Origin: Octopus vulgaris
Taxonomy: Eukaryota
Reading direction: 5' to 3'
Assembly: GCA_951406725.2 (NCBI GenBank)
Contig: OX597830.1
Coordinates: forward strand, 5,208,001 to 5,272,000
Length of the DNA stretch: 64,000 bases
The position numbers were made by a program, and so were the translations under genes. The notes beneath the pieces are model-generated. The model saw only the letters and a program-made list of their open reading frames with translations. It searched no databases and was not told the DNA's origin. Positions 13,907 to 27,169 of this stretch are shown one piece after another (position 1 is the first letter of the stretch; the number at the start of each line of letters is the position of its first letter).

Positions 13907-13909
<3 letters not shown>

Positions 13910-16832
13910 TCATCATCATCATCATCGTTTAGCGTCCGTTTTCCATGCTAGCATGGGTTGGATGGTTCAACTGGGGTCTGTGAAGCCAGAAGTCTTCATC
14001 AGGCCCAGTCAGATCTGGCAATGTTTCTACGGCTGGATGCCCTTCCTAACGCCAACCACCCCGTGAGTGTAGTGGGTGCTTTTTACGTGCCACCTGCACA
14101 GGTGCCAGACAGAGCTGACAAATGGCCACGAACGGATAGTGCTTTTTATGTGCCACTGGCATGGGGGCCAGGCGAGGCTGGCAATGGACACGAATGGATG
14201 GTGCTTTTTACGTGCAACTGGCACGAGGCCAGTCGGGGCGGCGCTGGCAATGATCGCGAAACGGATGGTTCTCTTACATGCCACCGGCACTGGTAACACA
14301 TCTGCAATTTCCATTGATCGATTTCGATTCTGATCCTCACTTGCCTCAACAGGTCTTCACAAGTAGAGTTTTGTGTCCCAAGAAGGGAAGGTATGCATAC
14401 GTAGGCTGGCTCCATCCCATGTAGAAGGCCACGGGTCTCGCGCACAGCACACTTCCAGAGGTCTCGGTCTCTAGTCATTTCCTCAGTGAGACCTAAAGTT
14501 CGAAGGTCGTGCTTCACCACCTCGTCCCAGGTTTTCCTGGGTCTGCCTCTTCCGCAGGTTCCCTCAACCGCTAGGGTGTGAGACTTTTTCACACAACTAT
14601 CTTCATCCATTCTCGCCACATGACCATACCAGCGCAAACGTCTCTCTTGCACACCACAACTGATGCTTCTTAGGTCCAGCTTTTCTCTCAAGGTACTTAC
14701 ACTCTGCCGAGTATGAGTACTGACATTACACATCCATCGGAGCATACTGGCTTCATTTCTTGCGAGCTTACGCATATCCTCAGCAGTCATGGCCCATGTT
14801 TCACTGCCATGTAGCATGGCTGTCGTACACATGGATCATACAGTCTGCCTTTTACTCTGTGCGAGAGGCCTTTTGTCACCAGCAGAGGTAAGAGCTCTCT
14901 GAACTTTGCCCAAGCTATTCTTACTCTAGCAGTTACACTTTCAGCACACCCGCCCCCGCTGCTGACTTGGTCACCTAGGTAACGGGGAAGTTGGTCTCAG
15001 AGCATTTTCAGTGTTTATTGTTCCTGAGCATCTGCCACATACAAAAACCATCTTCCTAGTTAGCCTTCCTTTGACATTGCTGCACCTCTTATGTGTCCAT
15101 AGCTTACACTTGGTGCATCTTATAGAGTTTCTACCTACACCTTTTTCTACAGATCGAGCAGGGCCATCTACCTGAAGGTGTTTGTGATTTGCCTACCTTC
15201 CAACTGATTACGACTTTGGTTTTAGCTAGATTGACGCTGGGGCCCTTCGATTCTAATCCTTGTTTCCACACCTGAAACTTCTCCTGCAGTTCTGATAGCA
15301 ACTCAGCAATTAGAGCAAGGTCATCAGCATAAAGGAGCTCCCAAGGGCATCCTGTCTTGAATTCCTCCATTATTGCATGGAGGACTATGATAAATAGGAG
15401 GGGGCTGAGGACTGAGCCTTGGTGGACCCCTACCTCCACCCGGAATTCTTCACTGTACTCGTTGCCAACCCTCACCTTACTAGCAGCGTCCCTATACATG
15501 GCCCGCACAGCTCTCACTAACCATTCATCTATCCCTAGTTTCCTCATTGACCACCAGATAAGGGATCGGGGGACCCTGTCGAAGGCTTTCTCCATGTCAA
15601 CAAAAGTCAGGTACAGGGGCTTATCTTTGGCTAGGTATTTCTCCTGCAGCTGCCTTACCAGGAATATAGCATCAGTGGTACTTTTCCCTGGCACAAACCC
15701 AAACTGCATTTCATCTAAACTAACTCTCTCTCTAATTAGTTGGGCTATGACCCTCTCCGTAACCTTCATCACCTGATCCAACAGCTTGATACCTCTGTAG
15801 TTATTTGTATCTAGGGCGTCACCTTTACCTTTGTAGCAGTTGACTATTATGCTGCTACACCAGTCATTGGGTATGACTCCTTTGTGTATCACCTGATTAA
15901 CTATACGGGTGACTAGGCTATAGCCGACACTACCAGACATTTTGAGTATCTCTGCAGTGATTACTGATGGGCCTGGGGCTTTCCCTGTCTTCATGCTTCT
16001 AATTGCCTTAACTACCAAGGAACTATCAACTCGGATAGCTGGTCCCTCTGTTGGGTTGACATTCAGCAGACTCTCTTTATCCCATTCATTTTCTTTATTC
16101 AGCAACCTTTCATAATGGTGTCTCCAAACCTCTCTATTTGCATCCTCATTTAGCGCAAGTGAACCATCTTCCATGCGAACACACTTCTCTCCTACCACAT
16201 CACGATTCTCTCTCACACACTGTCTTGCAACGTGAAACACCTCCAGTCTTTGGTCCTCATGGCGCAGAACATTGGCAATTTTTTTCTTATCTGCTTCCCC
16301 TCTGGCTAAATAAACCTGTCTCCTAGCTTCTCTTTTGGCAGTCTGATACAATTCCCTGCTACCCCCATTTTTCCAGACCTTCCAAGCCTGTCTCTTTTCT
16401 CTAATAGCCCTGTCTACAATATTGTTCCACCACCACGTTATTCTTTGCACCAGCCACAGATCTGGTCAGTGGCTCTCAGCAGGTTGTCCCTTAGAAACGT
16501 CCAGTTGTCTTCTACCCCCTGTGATGCTCTATCCCCTTCTACTTCGTCAAAGGCTTCAAGTAATATGTCCCTAAATCTCTGTCCATTTGCAGGATCTTTA
16601 AGCTTCCAGATCCTTCTTCTCCATATTGGTCGTCTTCTGGTTGTCCTCCTAGTCTTGATCCTAAAGTCAGTAACTACCAGTCTATGTTGTGGGGTACATT
16701 CTTCACTTGGGAAGGTTTTGGCATTTATAAGCAGCCATCTCTCCCTTTGCCTTGCAAGGATGTAGTCAATTTGGCTGGTATGTTGGCCCGATCGGTAAGT
16801 GACTAGGTGGCTGGTAGGTTTCCTGAAGTTAG
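13907..16832 (-). mobile_element. RTE-clade non-LTR retrotransposon, 5'-truncated and frameshifted
   Basis: End of the APE endonuclease (TYRSG..SQIDYIL); RT ORF 15131-16450 with QFGF, FVDMEKAFDRV, GVHQGSVLSP and YADD; C-terminus RRLRWYGHV..GRGRPRKTW; (GAT)n tail. Confidence 0.95.
15131..16450 (-). pseudogene. LINE reverse transcriptase ORF fragment (439 aa)
   Basis: Canonical non-LTR RT motifs, bounded by frameshifts or deletions on both sides. Confidence 0.93.
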
Positions 16833-17289
16833 TATATATATATATGTTTGTGTGTCAGTCCGTCCAACATCGCTTGACAACCGATGCTGGTGTGTTTATG
16901 TCCCCCGTAACTTAACAGTTCAGCAAAAAGAACTGATAAAATAAGTACTAGGCTTACAAACAATAAGTCCTGGGATCGATTTGTTCGACTAAAAGGCAGT
17001 GCTCCAGCATGGCTGCAGTCAAATGACTGTAAAAGAATATCTCTTGCTTGCCTGCTTTGGTTTTTATTTATTGCACTTCTGGTTGTATTTTTAAGAAATT
17101 CACTTATCCTATGCTTTCACATTCAGTGCAACTGTACCTCAAGCAAGTGTCTTTTACTGTACAGAGTGTTTGGATTAAATCTGACAATATGATGCATCTC
17201 CTTCTTCAGGAATATCTCGATGCATTAGCAAACAATTAACAGCACTGGAAAAGTTTAAAGAGTAAAACTGTAGTTGAGAAAAAGTTAGC

Positions 17290-18440
17290 TGACTCGGAGA
17301 ACTGGAAGCCTTTTGAATATTGGAAAAGAGTTACCGGCATCATGATGATTTGCACCGGATACCAAAATGCCAACATCATGACTTCTTCTCAATACTCAGT
17401 GAACAGTGAAAAGGCTGTGAAATATGACATGGACAGCTGCAATAGAGACTACAGGGCCGTGGCCAGCAGGAACAACACAGGTGATCCTACTGCATCTACA
17501 TGTTAGAATTCATCCATCAACTGCAGAACAAGGTGATGAAAGATCCAAGGGAATCTGGAGTTTGGCCAGCCATTGGAGTAACCACTGTGAAACCGGCCCT
17601 GAATGAGGACCTTCACTAACATGCTTATAAGAGGCACAAGGAACAAATTGTGACAGCCAAAGCCAAGGAGAACCGCTTAACAAAGGCAAAGATGCTCCTG
17701 AACAAGCTGATGCAGCCTGCTGCACCAGGGATGATCTGGTTCTTCTTAAACGAAAAGAAATGCCAGGACCTGTTGCATAATACCCAGGAGAACAGGTGGC
17801 TTACCTACAATCCATGTAATGTCCCACGTATGAAAACCAAGTACCCACAAACTGTGATCTTTGGGTGTGTTTCTAGTAAGGGTGGTGTTATGGTACCCGA
17901 CACCTTTTGAATAAGGCTCTAGGCTCAGTTTAGACAGCTTTGCAAAGCTGCTACAGACAGTGGTCAAACTCTGACTGGAGAAGGTCACAGCTGGAGGGCC
18001 ATATGTGTAGCAGCAGGATTCAGCTTCTTGCCATGCCTATGGAAAGAGTTATCAGAGAATTTCTACAACTCCACCAGCCTTAATTTCTAGCCTTCTAATC
18101 CCTCGGCTGTAATTCCATGGATTACAAAGTGTGGGCCACTGCTGAGAAAGGCACAAAACACTGCCTGCTGCACTATGGCTAAGCTAGTGGCCAAGCTCAA
18201 GAAATTGTTGAAAGATCTTCCCAGGGACACAGAGAAGGATGAATGTGCCAGGTTTTGGAGCCATCTTGAGGCCACACAGGAAACTGAGAGCAGCTCTCTT
18301 GAGTAAACTTTTACCTCCCAGTCATAATCATGTTGATGTTTTTTAATTTTTCAAAAATACATTTATTTTTGGATGAGATATTGTATTTCCTTTTCCATTT
18401 ATGCAAACTATCGAATTTAGCCCAAACTCGCTGCATACTT
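17290..18440 (+). pseudogene. Decayed Tc1/mariner-superfamily transposase, maT/DD37D-like
   Basis: IWFF(S)(D)EK, NRWL, KTKYPQTV.FGCVSS.G.VM.P, QQDSA and NPxD-like motifs across frames, with stops. Confidence 0.85.
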
Positions 18441-19582
18441 GTGCCAACCACAGTGAGTGAAATGAGTAGTGAGAAACTGCATCAAAATGTGTGGTGTGTG
18501 TGTATGAATGCATAAAGCAGTGAGGTCACACTTACACAGTAAACAATACATTCTGTGGTCCTGACCTTGAAGTCAGGTGAAGAAATTAAAAGCCTTACTT
18601 AAAAACCAGTAAGGATTAAAGATAGGAAGGACGTCCAGTCATAAAATACTGCTTCAATACATCTTCATCCAATCCATGCCAGCATGGAAAAGCAGATATT
18701 AAATGAAGGAATGCATGAACAATATCTCAAACTATAAAACATTTAACAGAACTTCACTTAATGATTAAAAAGTTATAGCGATATCAAAATTGAAAAACAG
18801 ACGAGATCAATCAAATGATATGTCAAAAGATTGTACACTAGCAAAATAGCTTTTGGAATGTGAAGATAGTCTTCAAAAGATTAAGTAAAGCAAATGCTAT
18901 CATATAATAATGGGAATATTTGATGGTTAGACAGAACAATGTATGGGCTACTTTACATTTCTATTCACATCAAATTTCTAAACATAATGGTAATTTGATA
19001 TATTATGGATTACAGTACTCAGAATTTCATGGTAGTTTTCATTTGGTTCTTAGTTACACATTTAATTTCCATTGAGTTTGGATACAAAATTTAATAACAA
19101 ATCTCTTCTAGTTCTATGGTTTTCTGTTAACGCTAAAGAATACGGTCTCTCATCATAAAGGCATTGATGGAAATTTGAAGGTGAATAGCAAAGCTGTTTG
19201 ATATCTAATGTAATACATCAGTAGAAAAGTTTGAGAATTGGTTAGGATATAATAAATGAAACATTTCAGTTATGTTCTTTGCAAGATAAATGATATTATA
19301 TTGTAACAAAGAATTCTCATTAATTCTGTGCAGCAATGAGACATAAATCATTTTAATTACAGAATTACAAAGATTTTAAAATGGCAAAACAAGTAAGTTC
19401 ATAACATCCAAACCACAGCAAATTTCACCAGAATATGTAACAGATATCAATTCCTTAATTCTGTGGAAAGGTCATACAGTCAACTGAAAGTAAAACTGAT
19501 GCAAAATTTCATACTTTGTCTATTCTGGTACATTAATTTACTGTGTTGAAACTCACTGGAGTTCTCAAATACTTTTACTTAC

Positions 19583-19621
19583 AATTGTTAAATCTTGCTG
19601 ATCTTGTAGTGCAGCATGTGA
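19583..19621 (-). CDS. Candidate 39-nt symmetric microexon (SHAALQDQQDLTI in phase 0; also open in phase 1)
   Basis: Acceptor tttttgtttaag and donor gtaagt; adjacent to an inverted-repeat arm. Confidence 0.4.
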
Positions 19622-19782
19622 CTTAAACAAAAATGACAAATTTCATATTTTAATCTTTGAACACACACTGTATATTTTGTGCAGTCTATTCATTGGTAAA
19701 TATTCAGATAACTTGATGCACTTGGAAATAGACATTCTGAAATATTTTATTTACACAGCAGAATTTTTTTAATTTTATATTT

Positions 19783-19842
<60 letters not shown>

Positions 19843-20344
19843 AAATGTTTAAGAAGCTTTCCTAGCATGTTACATTGTGCACTGAAGCAAACTCCTTTAA
19901 TTTCAGCTTCTTTGAGTTCCTAAACTTTTTGTTTGATTGAGTTGTGCTTCTTCTAAACCAATATGATAGCCAAAGTTACAAATACAATTTTGCAGTTTAA
20001 TCAGACTTTCCAATCTCCAAGGCAACTAACTTATTTAAATTATTTATTTATTTACTTGTCATCAAATACATATTTCATGTCTTCTCAATTTGATAGAACC
20101 ACAGCAATGCGTCTTGCAAAGTGTAGGCTGCCAAACAAAATTTATTTGCAGTCCTAACATCAAAACTTTCATCTATCTAGAATTACCAAAATAAGCGTCA
20201 GTAATATATTGGAGTCAATTTTACCATACATATTCCAATCGCAAGAAATCAAACATTTGTCTTTCAGCATAGTAACTTTCTGGACAGGTTACTTAAAGCT
20301 ACGTCATTCTTCCATTCAGAGTTGTGAAACAAGCAATTCAAAAT

Positions 20345-20409
<65 letters not shown>

Positions 20410-21767
20410 GAAAGGTGGTGTTGTAGCAGTAGTTTTTCAAACAATTTCCATTATGATCATTCACAAATACTCAAGTAGAATATCAAGTAGCAAATCAGTT
20501 TTGAATCAATTTTGTGTGCTGAAAAATATAAGAAAAACAGTTTTTTGTAGGTTTTTCCTGAATGTGAAGCAGAATAGATACTTGCATTTGATAAACTAAA
20601 TAAATGTTCATAAACAGTTGCTTTTTTTTATTTTACTTGTTTATTATTATTTTCTTTTAAAGTGGTAGCATTAAATGATTAGTAAGACATATGATTAATG
20701 AGACAGTCATCATTAAAAAGCAAAATACTGCAGGGAAACAGAGAAACAGGGAAACAAAACTTTGAAACTGAAAAAAAAAAAAAAAAACGGAATGTTGGCC
20801 TCTAGAGACAGGATGTTCTTGAGAAATTAAGGCATAGGTGTGAGATTAATAAAAATGCTAACTAACCCCATGGCTCCTTCCTACTGCATAGTACATTGTG
20901 CAAGTATCCCCCCTTACTGTCCTGGATAGCCATCACCTTGCAAATGTACAAGGAATCTACTCACAAGCTTTCATGTGTGTCCAACTAATTCTAGGCCCAA
21001 TCACTACATCCTTGACACCCTCCCATCTCACACCATCACTCTGTTATCCATCACATGAAGACCTATCCACATCCAATCTCTACCACCGTCTCTCTCACTC
21101 ATCACTAGGCTTATATATTAAGGACTCTTCAGACCTGTTTGCACCAAGTACTGCCAATCATCATTCTCTCTGATAGTCTACAGTTGTCATCTACTAACTC
21201 TTGCTTCTATCCACCTCTGCTATTACCCATTTCTCCCTACCTGTCTTCAATCCAATCATTTTGCTGCTAGTTCCATACACTTGCTTCCTTCACTCACCTG
21301 TTCAGTTATCCACTTCTCTCCTATTGCCCTTCTTGCTCACACTATCTTGACTGAATACACACATCTTAGAGTCCACTCTGCTGAGTGGTCGTAAAAATCC
21401 TACCAAAATAGTTACAGAAGTCTGGTGCAGGCTTCTGCTTGGCAGGCTCTTGTCAAGCTGTCCAACTCATACCAGCATGGAGGGTGGATGTTAAACGGTG
21501 ATGAGGATGAGGATGATAGAGTACTTAGAGTATTGAGTATTCTTTACACCTGCAGTGTACAAGGTAACCTCTCTTGTGCTGGTTCAATGGCCATGATAAA
21601 ATGAACCCAGAGAACTCTACAGAACAGAGCACCTCAAACTTTTTCTACTACCACTTATATTGTTTTTTCATTGCACCCTTGCTATGATTCAGTTCTCCCA
21701 CTTTTTAAATATGCATACGTGTAATATCAAACACAAGTAATTTAGTTTCAGGCAGATGACAACTTAC

Positions 21768-21881
21768 CACAACACCACTCTAAGCAAATATTTCTCACCA
21801 CTTCTTGACCTAAATCTTTTACCAAATATCTAGCAAGTAGTTTTGGCCAAATCAGGCATCTTTTGATTTTCATAAATATCT
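21768..21881 (-). CDS. Candidate 114-nt symmetric exon, or first exon (MKIKRCLIWPKLLARYLVKDLGQEVVRNICLEWCC)
   Basis: Strong donor G|gtaagt; weak acceptor ctacag; open in phase 1. Confidence 0.3.
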
Positions 21882-21961
21882 CTGTAGTCACCAGTTAAAA
21901 TTTATCTTTATATTCAATTCATAGTTGTCATTGTGGAAAGCAAGCAGTTTATTGTAATATA

Positions 21962-22277
21962 ACGTAAAAGGGCACCATTCGAGCGTGATCGTTACCAACG
22001 TCGCCTTACTAGCACCTGCGCCAGTGACATGTGTAAAAAGATTTGAGCGAGGTCATTGCCAGTACCGCCTGACTGGTCCCCGTGCCGGTGGTATGTAAAA
22101 AGCACCCACTACGCTCTTGGAGTGGTTGGCGTTAGGAAGGGCATCCAGCTGTAGAAACTCTGCCAGATCAAGATTGGAGCCCGGTGCAGCCATCTGGTTC
22201 GCCAAACCTCAGTCAAAATTGTCCAACCCATGACAACATGGAAAGTGGACGTTAAACGATGATGATGATGATGATGA
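21962..22277 (+). mobile_element. RTE LINE 3' tail
   Basis: ggcgttaggaagggcatccagctg...gttaaacgat(gat)n. Confidence 0.9.
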
Positions 22278-22894
22278 ACATCTAATTCTTTTATAGTTAA
22301 TGTTTAAATAAGGGGAAAAATACTTTAAAGCTATATGGGTGCATCAATTGCCCTCCTTGCAGCCACCAGTACTCATATAAAATGAGTCAACTCCATTTTC
22401 AGGTAGCAGTGCCACCCAACTTGAGAAAAAGTTTAGAGTGATTGATGAATCTGGAGGCAAGGAGTCCTGTTAGTATTATCATAAGAAATCTACAACCTTT
22501 GTACAGCTGGTACCATGGTAAATTGCACATGAAACTCTTTATGAATTGATTGGTAAATGAACAGAGAAACTGTGAAGCCAAGAACATTCTTTAGTGTTTT
22601 CTTACTAAAGACAGAACTTCTCTAGGGCAAGTGCCACAAAATATACCTTGTACACACACTGTAAAGTGACTGGTGAAAGGAAGGGCATCCATTAGTAGAA
22701 GTGAAGTAAGATAAAGCCTCTGCACATCAGTCAATGAGAGCAGGGACACCAAATAAGAAGCTCCTTAATGTATATAAATTATTTACATGGTTTTTAGTTA
22801 TGAAACAATTTGTCAATATAGTTGAATCTTCTTGTTGTATAATAATAAAATTTCATCAAACTACTTCTGTCATTTATGACACACATATATATAT

Positions 22895-23148
22895 ATCATC
22901 ATCATTTAACGTCCACTTTCCATGCTGGCATGGGTTGGACGGTTTAACTGAGAACTGGTGAGCCAGATGGCTGCACCAGGCTCCAATCTGATCTGGCAAA
23001 GTTTCTACAGCTGGATGCCCTTCCTAATGCCAACCACTCCGAGAGTGTAGTGGGTGTTTTTACGTGCCACCAGCACGAGGGCCAGTCACGTGGTACTGGC
23101 AACAGTCATGCTCAAATGGTGTTTTTTATGTGCCACCTGCACAGGAGC
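22895..23148 (-). mobile_element. RTE LINE 3' tail
   Basis: (CAT)n followed by ttaacgtccactttccatgctggcatgggttggacgg. Confidence 0.9.
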
Positions 23149-24049
23149 ATATATACATACCTGTTTTGGTTTATGAAAATGTTTATGAGTTCAACAACAT
23201 CTCAAGTTAAAATAAGATGAGTGTTTAATCAAAAGTGGCAATAAAATATAGAATTAATATATATCTAGTAGGCTGAAGTGAGTACAGGGGTCACTATAAT
23301 TAAGAAAACCCTAATGGTGGAGCCCCAGCAAGGCTGCAGTCTAATAACCAGTAAAAATAATAATAATATACAAGAATAACACAGATGATGTGTAAGCAGA
23401 AAGAGCCAAAGGTACCGAGATAGAGCAAACATTTAGACTGTAGCATTTTGCTAAGTTCCATTAGAAATAAAGCAAACTGCTGTTGGAACTGCAAATAATT
23501 TTTGTTTGGCAGCTTACTCGTTGCAAGACATATTACTGTCGTTATTCTACCAAATAGATGAAATATATATTTGGTGACAAATAGATAAATAATTTAAATA
23601 AGTTAGTTGCATTCGAGATTGGAAAGTCTGACTGAACAGTAAAGTTATATTTCTAATTTTAACCATTATATTATTGGTTTAGAAACAATCAATCAAAAAG
23701 CTTAGGAACTCACAGAAGCTGAAATTAAAAGGAGTTTCAGTACACACTATAACATGCTAGGAGAGCTTTCTAAATAACCCAGTTAAAAAAACACAAATAT
23801 GTGTTTACTGCAAAAATATTTCAGAAACACTATTTTCAAGTAAATCAAGTTATCTGAATATTTATCAATAAAAAGAGTCTGTATAAAATATGCAGTGTGC
23901 TCAAAGATTAAAACATGAAATTTACCATTTAACATTGCTGTTTGCTTATGAAGTCAAAGCTAGACCATCTAAGTTGAAATAATTACCAAGATTTAAATAG
24001 AAGTTATTTCTTTCAGAATTATACTTGTTGAAACTGGCAAACCTAAACG

Positions 24050-24570
24050 TCTGTATATCTATAAAAGGCAGGATGTGTGTGTGAATGTAATTTAAGCACA
24101 TCCACAAATTAGCATGCATGTTGCTCCAATTTTAGGAGGACATTGGTCACGATCATGGCTGTGCTTTTGTCAACTTATTCTCCCCGAGGCACCTGTGGAT
24201 AGTGGTAAAAATTGATTTTCAACCATAACTTTTACCAATTTCCACGTCAGTGAAATCCATAAGTTTGCTAAAATGAGTTAAGTCACCCGTCTAGCAATGG
24301 CGAGAAAGAAAAACAAAGGGTAAATTTTTAGATTAACACCCACACGATTTTCATTAAGAAAAAAAACTCAGATTTTTTGCATGGAATCAAGTACCCTGAC
24401 CTCATAATATGCTGCAAATCCCTTATTTTGGTTCAGAAAAAAAGCGGGGTGGGGCGAGGCCCCCTCCTCCATCCCGGAATCATTGGAAATTTTTTTTCTG
24501 TTGAATGAGTTCCTGTGACCTTCTAATGTGCTACAAAACCCTTTTTGTAAACCATTACAAAACCCTTAAT
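24050..24570 (+). mobile_element. Non-autonomous Helitron-like repeat; second copy at about 29270-29800
   Basis: 5' tctgtatatctataaaagg plus (TG)n; 24330-24440 aligns with 29400-29510. Confidence 0.55.
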
Positions 24571-25123
24571 TTTGTTACATCAACATCTGCTTATCAATGC
24601 AAGAAGGAGTTGGATAGGGATAAGGGTTGGGATTTTACAGCTGGATCCTCTTCTTGGCATCAATCGCTACCTGTTTCTTAAGTAAAAGATTTATTATTCC
24701 ACAGCTCTTTAAAATCCGAGAACAAAGGATCATAGTGTCCACAAGAAATGTAAGCATATCATTGTTCCACTCAAGGAAAGGCATCGGGTATCAGCATTCA
24801 TGCACACATTATGCATATAAGTAACAAACAACTTCACTCATGAGGTAATTGTCATCCTATGGATAACCATAGGATACTTGCCCATGCAGTGGGACTAATT
24901 CTGAAACCATGTGGTTACAAAGTGAGGAGTTATAAACCACCATAGCCTTGCCTGCACCTAAAAGTCATTCATCAAAATCATGGATCTGTCTTATGAAAGT
25001 GAAATGGGGCACATTCTCGGCAAACCTCATTTGAAGAATTTAGACTGAGAATTCTTTATAGAAAGTACTTGAAATATATTTTCAAAGGTGAATAATGAAC
25101 ATCTAACCAAACTGCACTTTGAT

Positions 25124-25190
<67 letters not shown>

Positions 25191-25524
25191 AGAGAGAGAG
25201 GGAGAATCTGTGAAACAACACTTGCCTAAACATAAAACCATTTGCAGTACATTATTTAGTTAGATATGGAGGACTATGGCAACATTTGCTTAGTGCTTTG
25301 TGAATTGTAAGGAAATTTTGAAGAAACTACATACTGTTTACATGTTTGCTATACTACGGAAAAAGATAAACAGAGAAATATTTACCAAAAATAAGAAAAA
25401 GAACTGGTTATTGTATTTGTAGTAGAAAATATATTGGCAATGTCTGGCAGCAAATATTTAATATTTACAGACTTTGGATAAGAGAGCTACGACGGAGATT
25501 ACTATCTCTTTCCATCATCCTCAC

Positions 25525-25621
25525 CGCCTATACATGTACTGATCGTTCGTTTAATTGAACCTTCAAGGAAAACATTCATCAGATTGCAATCACCAAGAAT
25601 TTCCAAGAGCTGAGGAAAATA
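25525..25621 (-). CDS. Candidate exon (phase 0-1, YFPQLLEILGDCNLMNVFLEGSIKRTISTCIG)
   Basis: Acceptor tctttacag and donor G|gtgagg; single open frame. Confidence 0.45.
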
Positions 25622-26542
25622 CTGTAAAGATCTAATAATATTTTGGTTGCTATACTTAATAATGAGAGAATTATATTGAATCTATTGCCAGCTATTGCAT
25701 GGATAATATAGTTGTCATACAGATTAAATTCTTCCAGAAACTAATACCAAGCAATTAGTTGCAATAGGTTGAGAAAAGGTCAGCACTTAACATTCTTTTT
25801 TCCTTTTTTTTTTGTTTTTAATTCAGGTAATCTCGTAATTTTTAACATATTTGGTAAAGTTCAGCCTCAGTTCATCCCGATTTTGGCACTTATTGCTTTT
25901 ATTTCTCATATGCTATTATTTTAACTAAACTAAAGCTGGAAAATTGGTTAAAATTTACTCCGAGATGAAGGAAAGTTAACAACACTTTGTTTTCTCTCCA
26001 TATTCAATATTTCTGATGAAGATATTATTTTTATGAGTTGGTGAGAAGAGCATTGGCCTTAACCTTTGGCCTTGGTAAACTCCACCATAATAGCGATATC
26101 AATAGCAGGAGTGTACAGGTTTGAATATATATGTATGTCAATATCTGTAGGCAAAATATAGAGAGGAAGAGAATTGTTGCTCAATAGGTTCAGAGTTCTG
26201 AGATGAAGTATTGGGAAAATGTTCAGTGTTGGGAATGGAAGGTGAAAGACAGCTTGAGCGACAATTTGTGGCTCAGATGAGACAGAATAGAGCTCACTTG
26301 TTCAAGAGAGAAGAAACAATATATTTGTGAACCAGTATTTGAAGTGTGTCGGGGAGAACAGGTTTTATTGGAAGTAGAATTACAGCACTGCTACCCGAAG
26401 TAAATTTCAAGAAGTAACAATATTTCATCCAAAAATCCTTGTTGGAGGTTGCGAAACAGTGACTTAAGCATAATTCAAAAAATATTTATTATATATGAAA
26501 TGGCTATCTACCATTTGTAAAATGAGATATATGTATATATAA

Positions 26543-26599
<57 letters not shown>

Positions 26600-26978
26600 C
26601 ACTTGCGTCAGAAATTAATTAGCACTTCTCAAATTTCTACATTAAATAGGTTAAATCAATTAACCTATGAGCTGTTCAAAACGTCTTACGCGATGAGAAA
26701 ACTTAGTATGGTGTGATTTCGGTCCTTGCGAGGCGCTACCTATATCTATTAAACAAAGGAAGTTTGTCTGCATCCGCACTCCAAGTTGTTGTTGCACTGC
26801 TATGTCAACATCATAAGGCTGTAGACTCTCAAACTGCTCTGCAAACAAAGTTACGTCATCGTTCTGCGCAACAGTGAACTCGCAACAAAGCAATAGTTCG
26901 AGATATGGCCACTAGGTGACAGCACATACCTTGAGTGAAGAGCAAATCAAGGGTGCTAATTAATTTCTGACGGTAGTG
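26600..26978. mobile_element. Tc1-like non-autonomous element
   Basis: TIRs cact..cgtcagaaattaattagcac / gtgctaattaatttctgacggtagtg, embedded in (TA)n. Confidence 0.85.
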
Positions 26979-27130
<152 letters not shown>

Positions 27131-27169
27131 GGGCATAAATAATGGTTATTTTTCTTTATTGCCGTAAAT

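Larger units (their letters stand above)
13560..17040 (+). mobile_element. SINE family A split by nested insertions (head 13560-13712, tail 16834-17040)
   Basis: Head and tail are colinear with intact copies; a MITE and a LINE sit in the central TA tract. Confidence 0.8.
19631..23930. repeat. Long-range inverted repeat pair (arms about 19631-20195 and 23440-23930)
   Basis: Colinear reverse-complement similarity over about 500 bp; best block 20001-20046 vs 23586-23631 has 2 mismatches in 46 bp. Confidence 0.9.

Noticed and set aside
14075-14290. Repeat-spacer-like pattern suggestive of a CRISPR array
   Set aside because: The apparent spacers are homologous to each other, the array is a LINE 3' UTR, there are no cas genes and the context is eukaryotic.
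15357-16765. Plus-strand ORFs of 139, 62 and 106 aa
   Set aside because: Antisense shadows of the LINE ORF.
21768-21895. In-frame TAG potentially recoded to TGG by A-to-I editing in the alternative frame
   Set aside because: No homology or transcript evidence, and another frame is open without editing.
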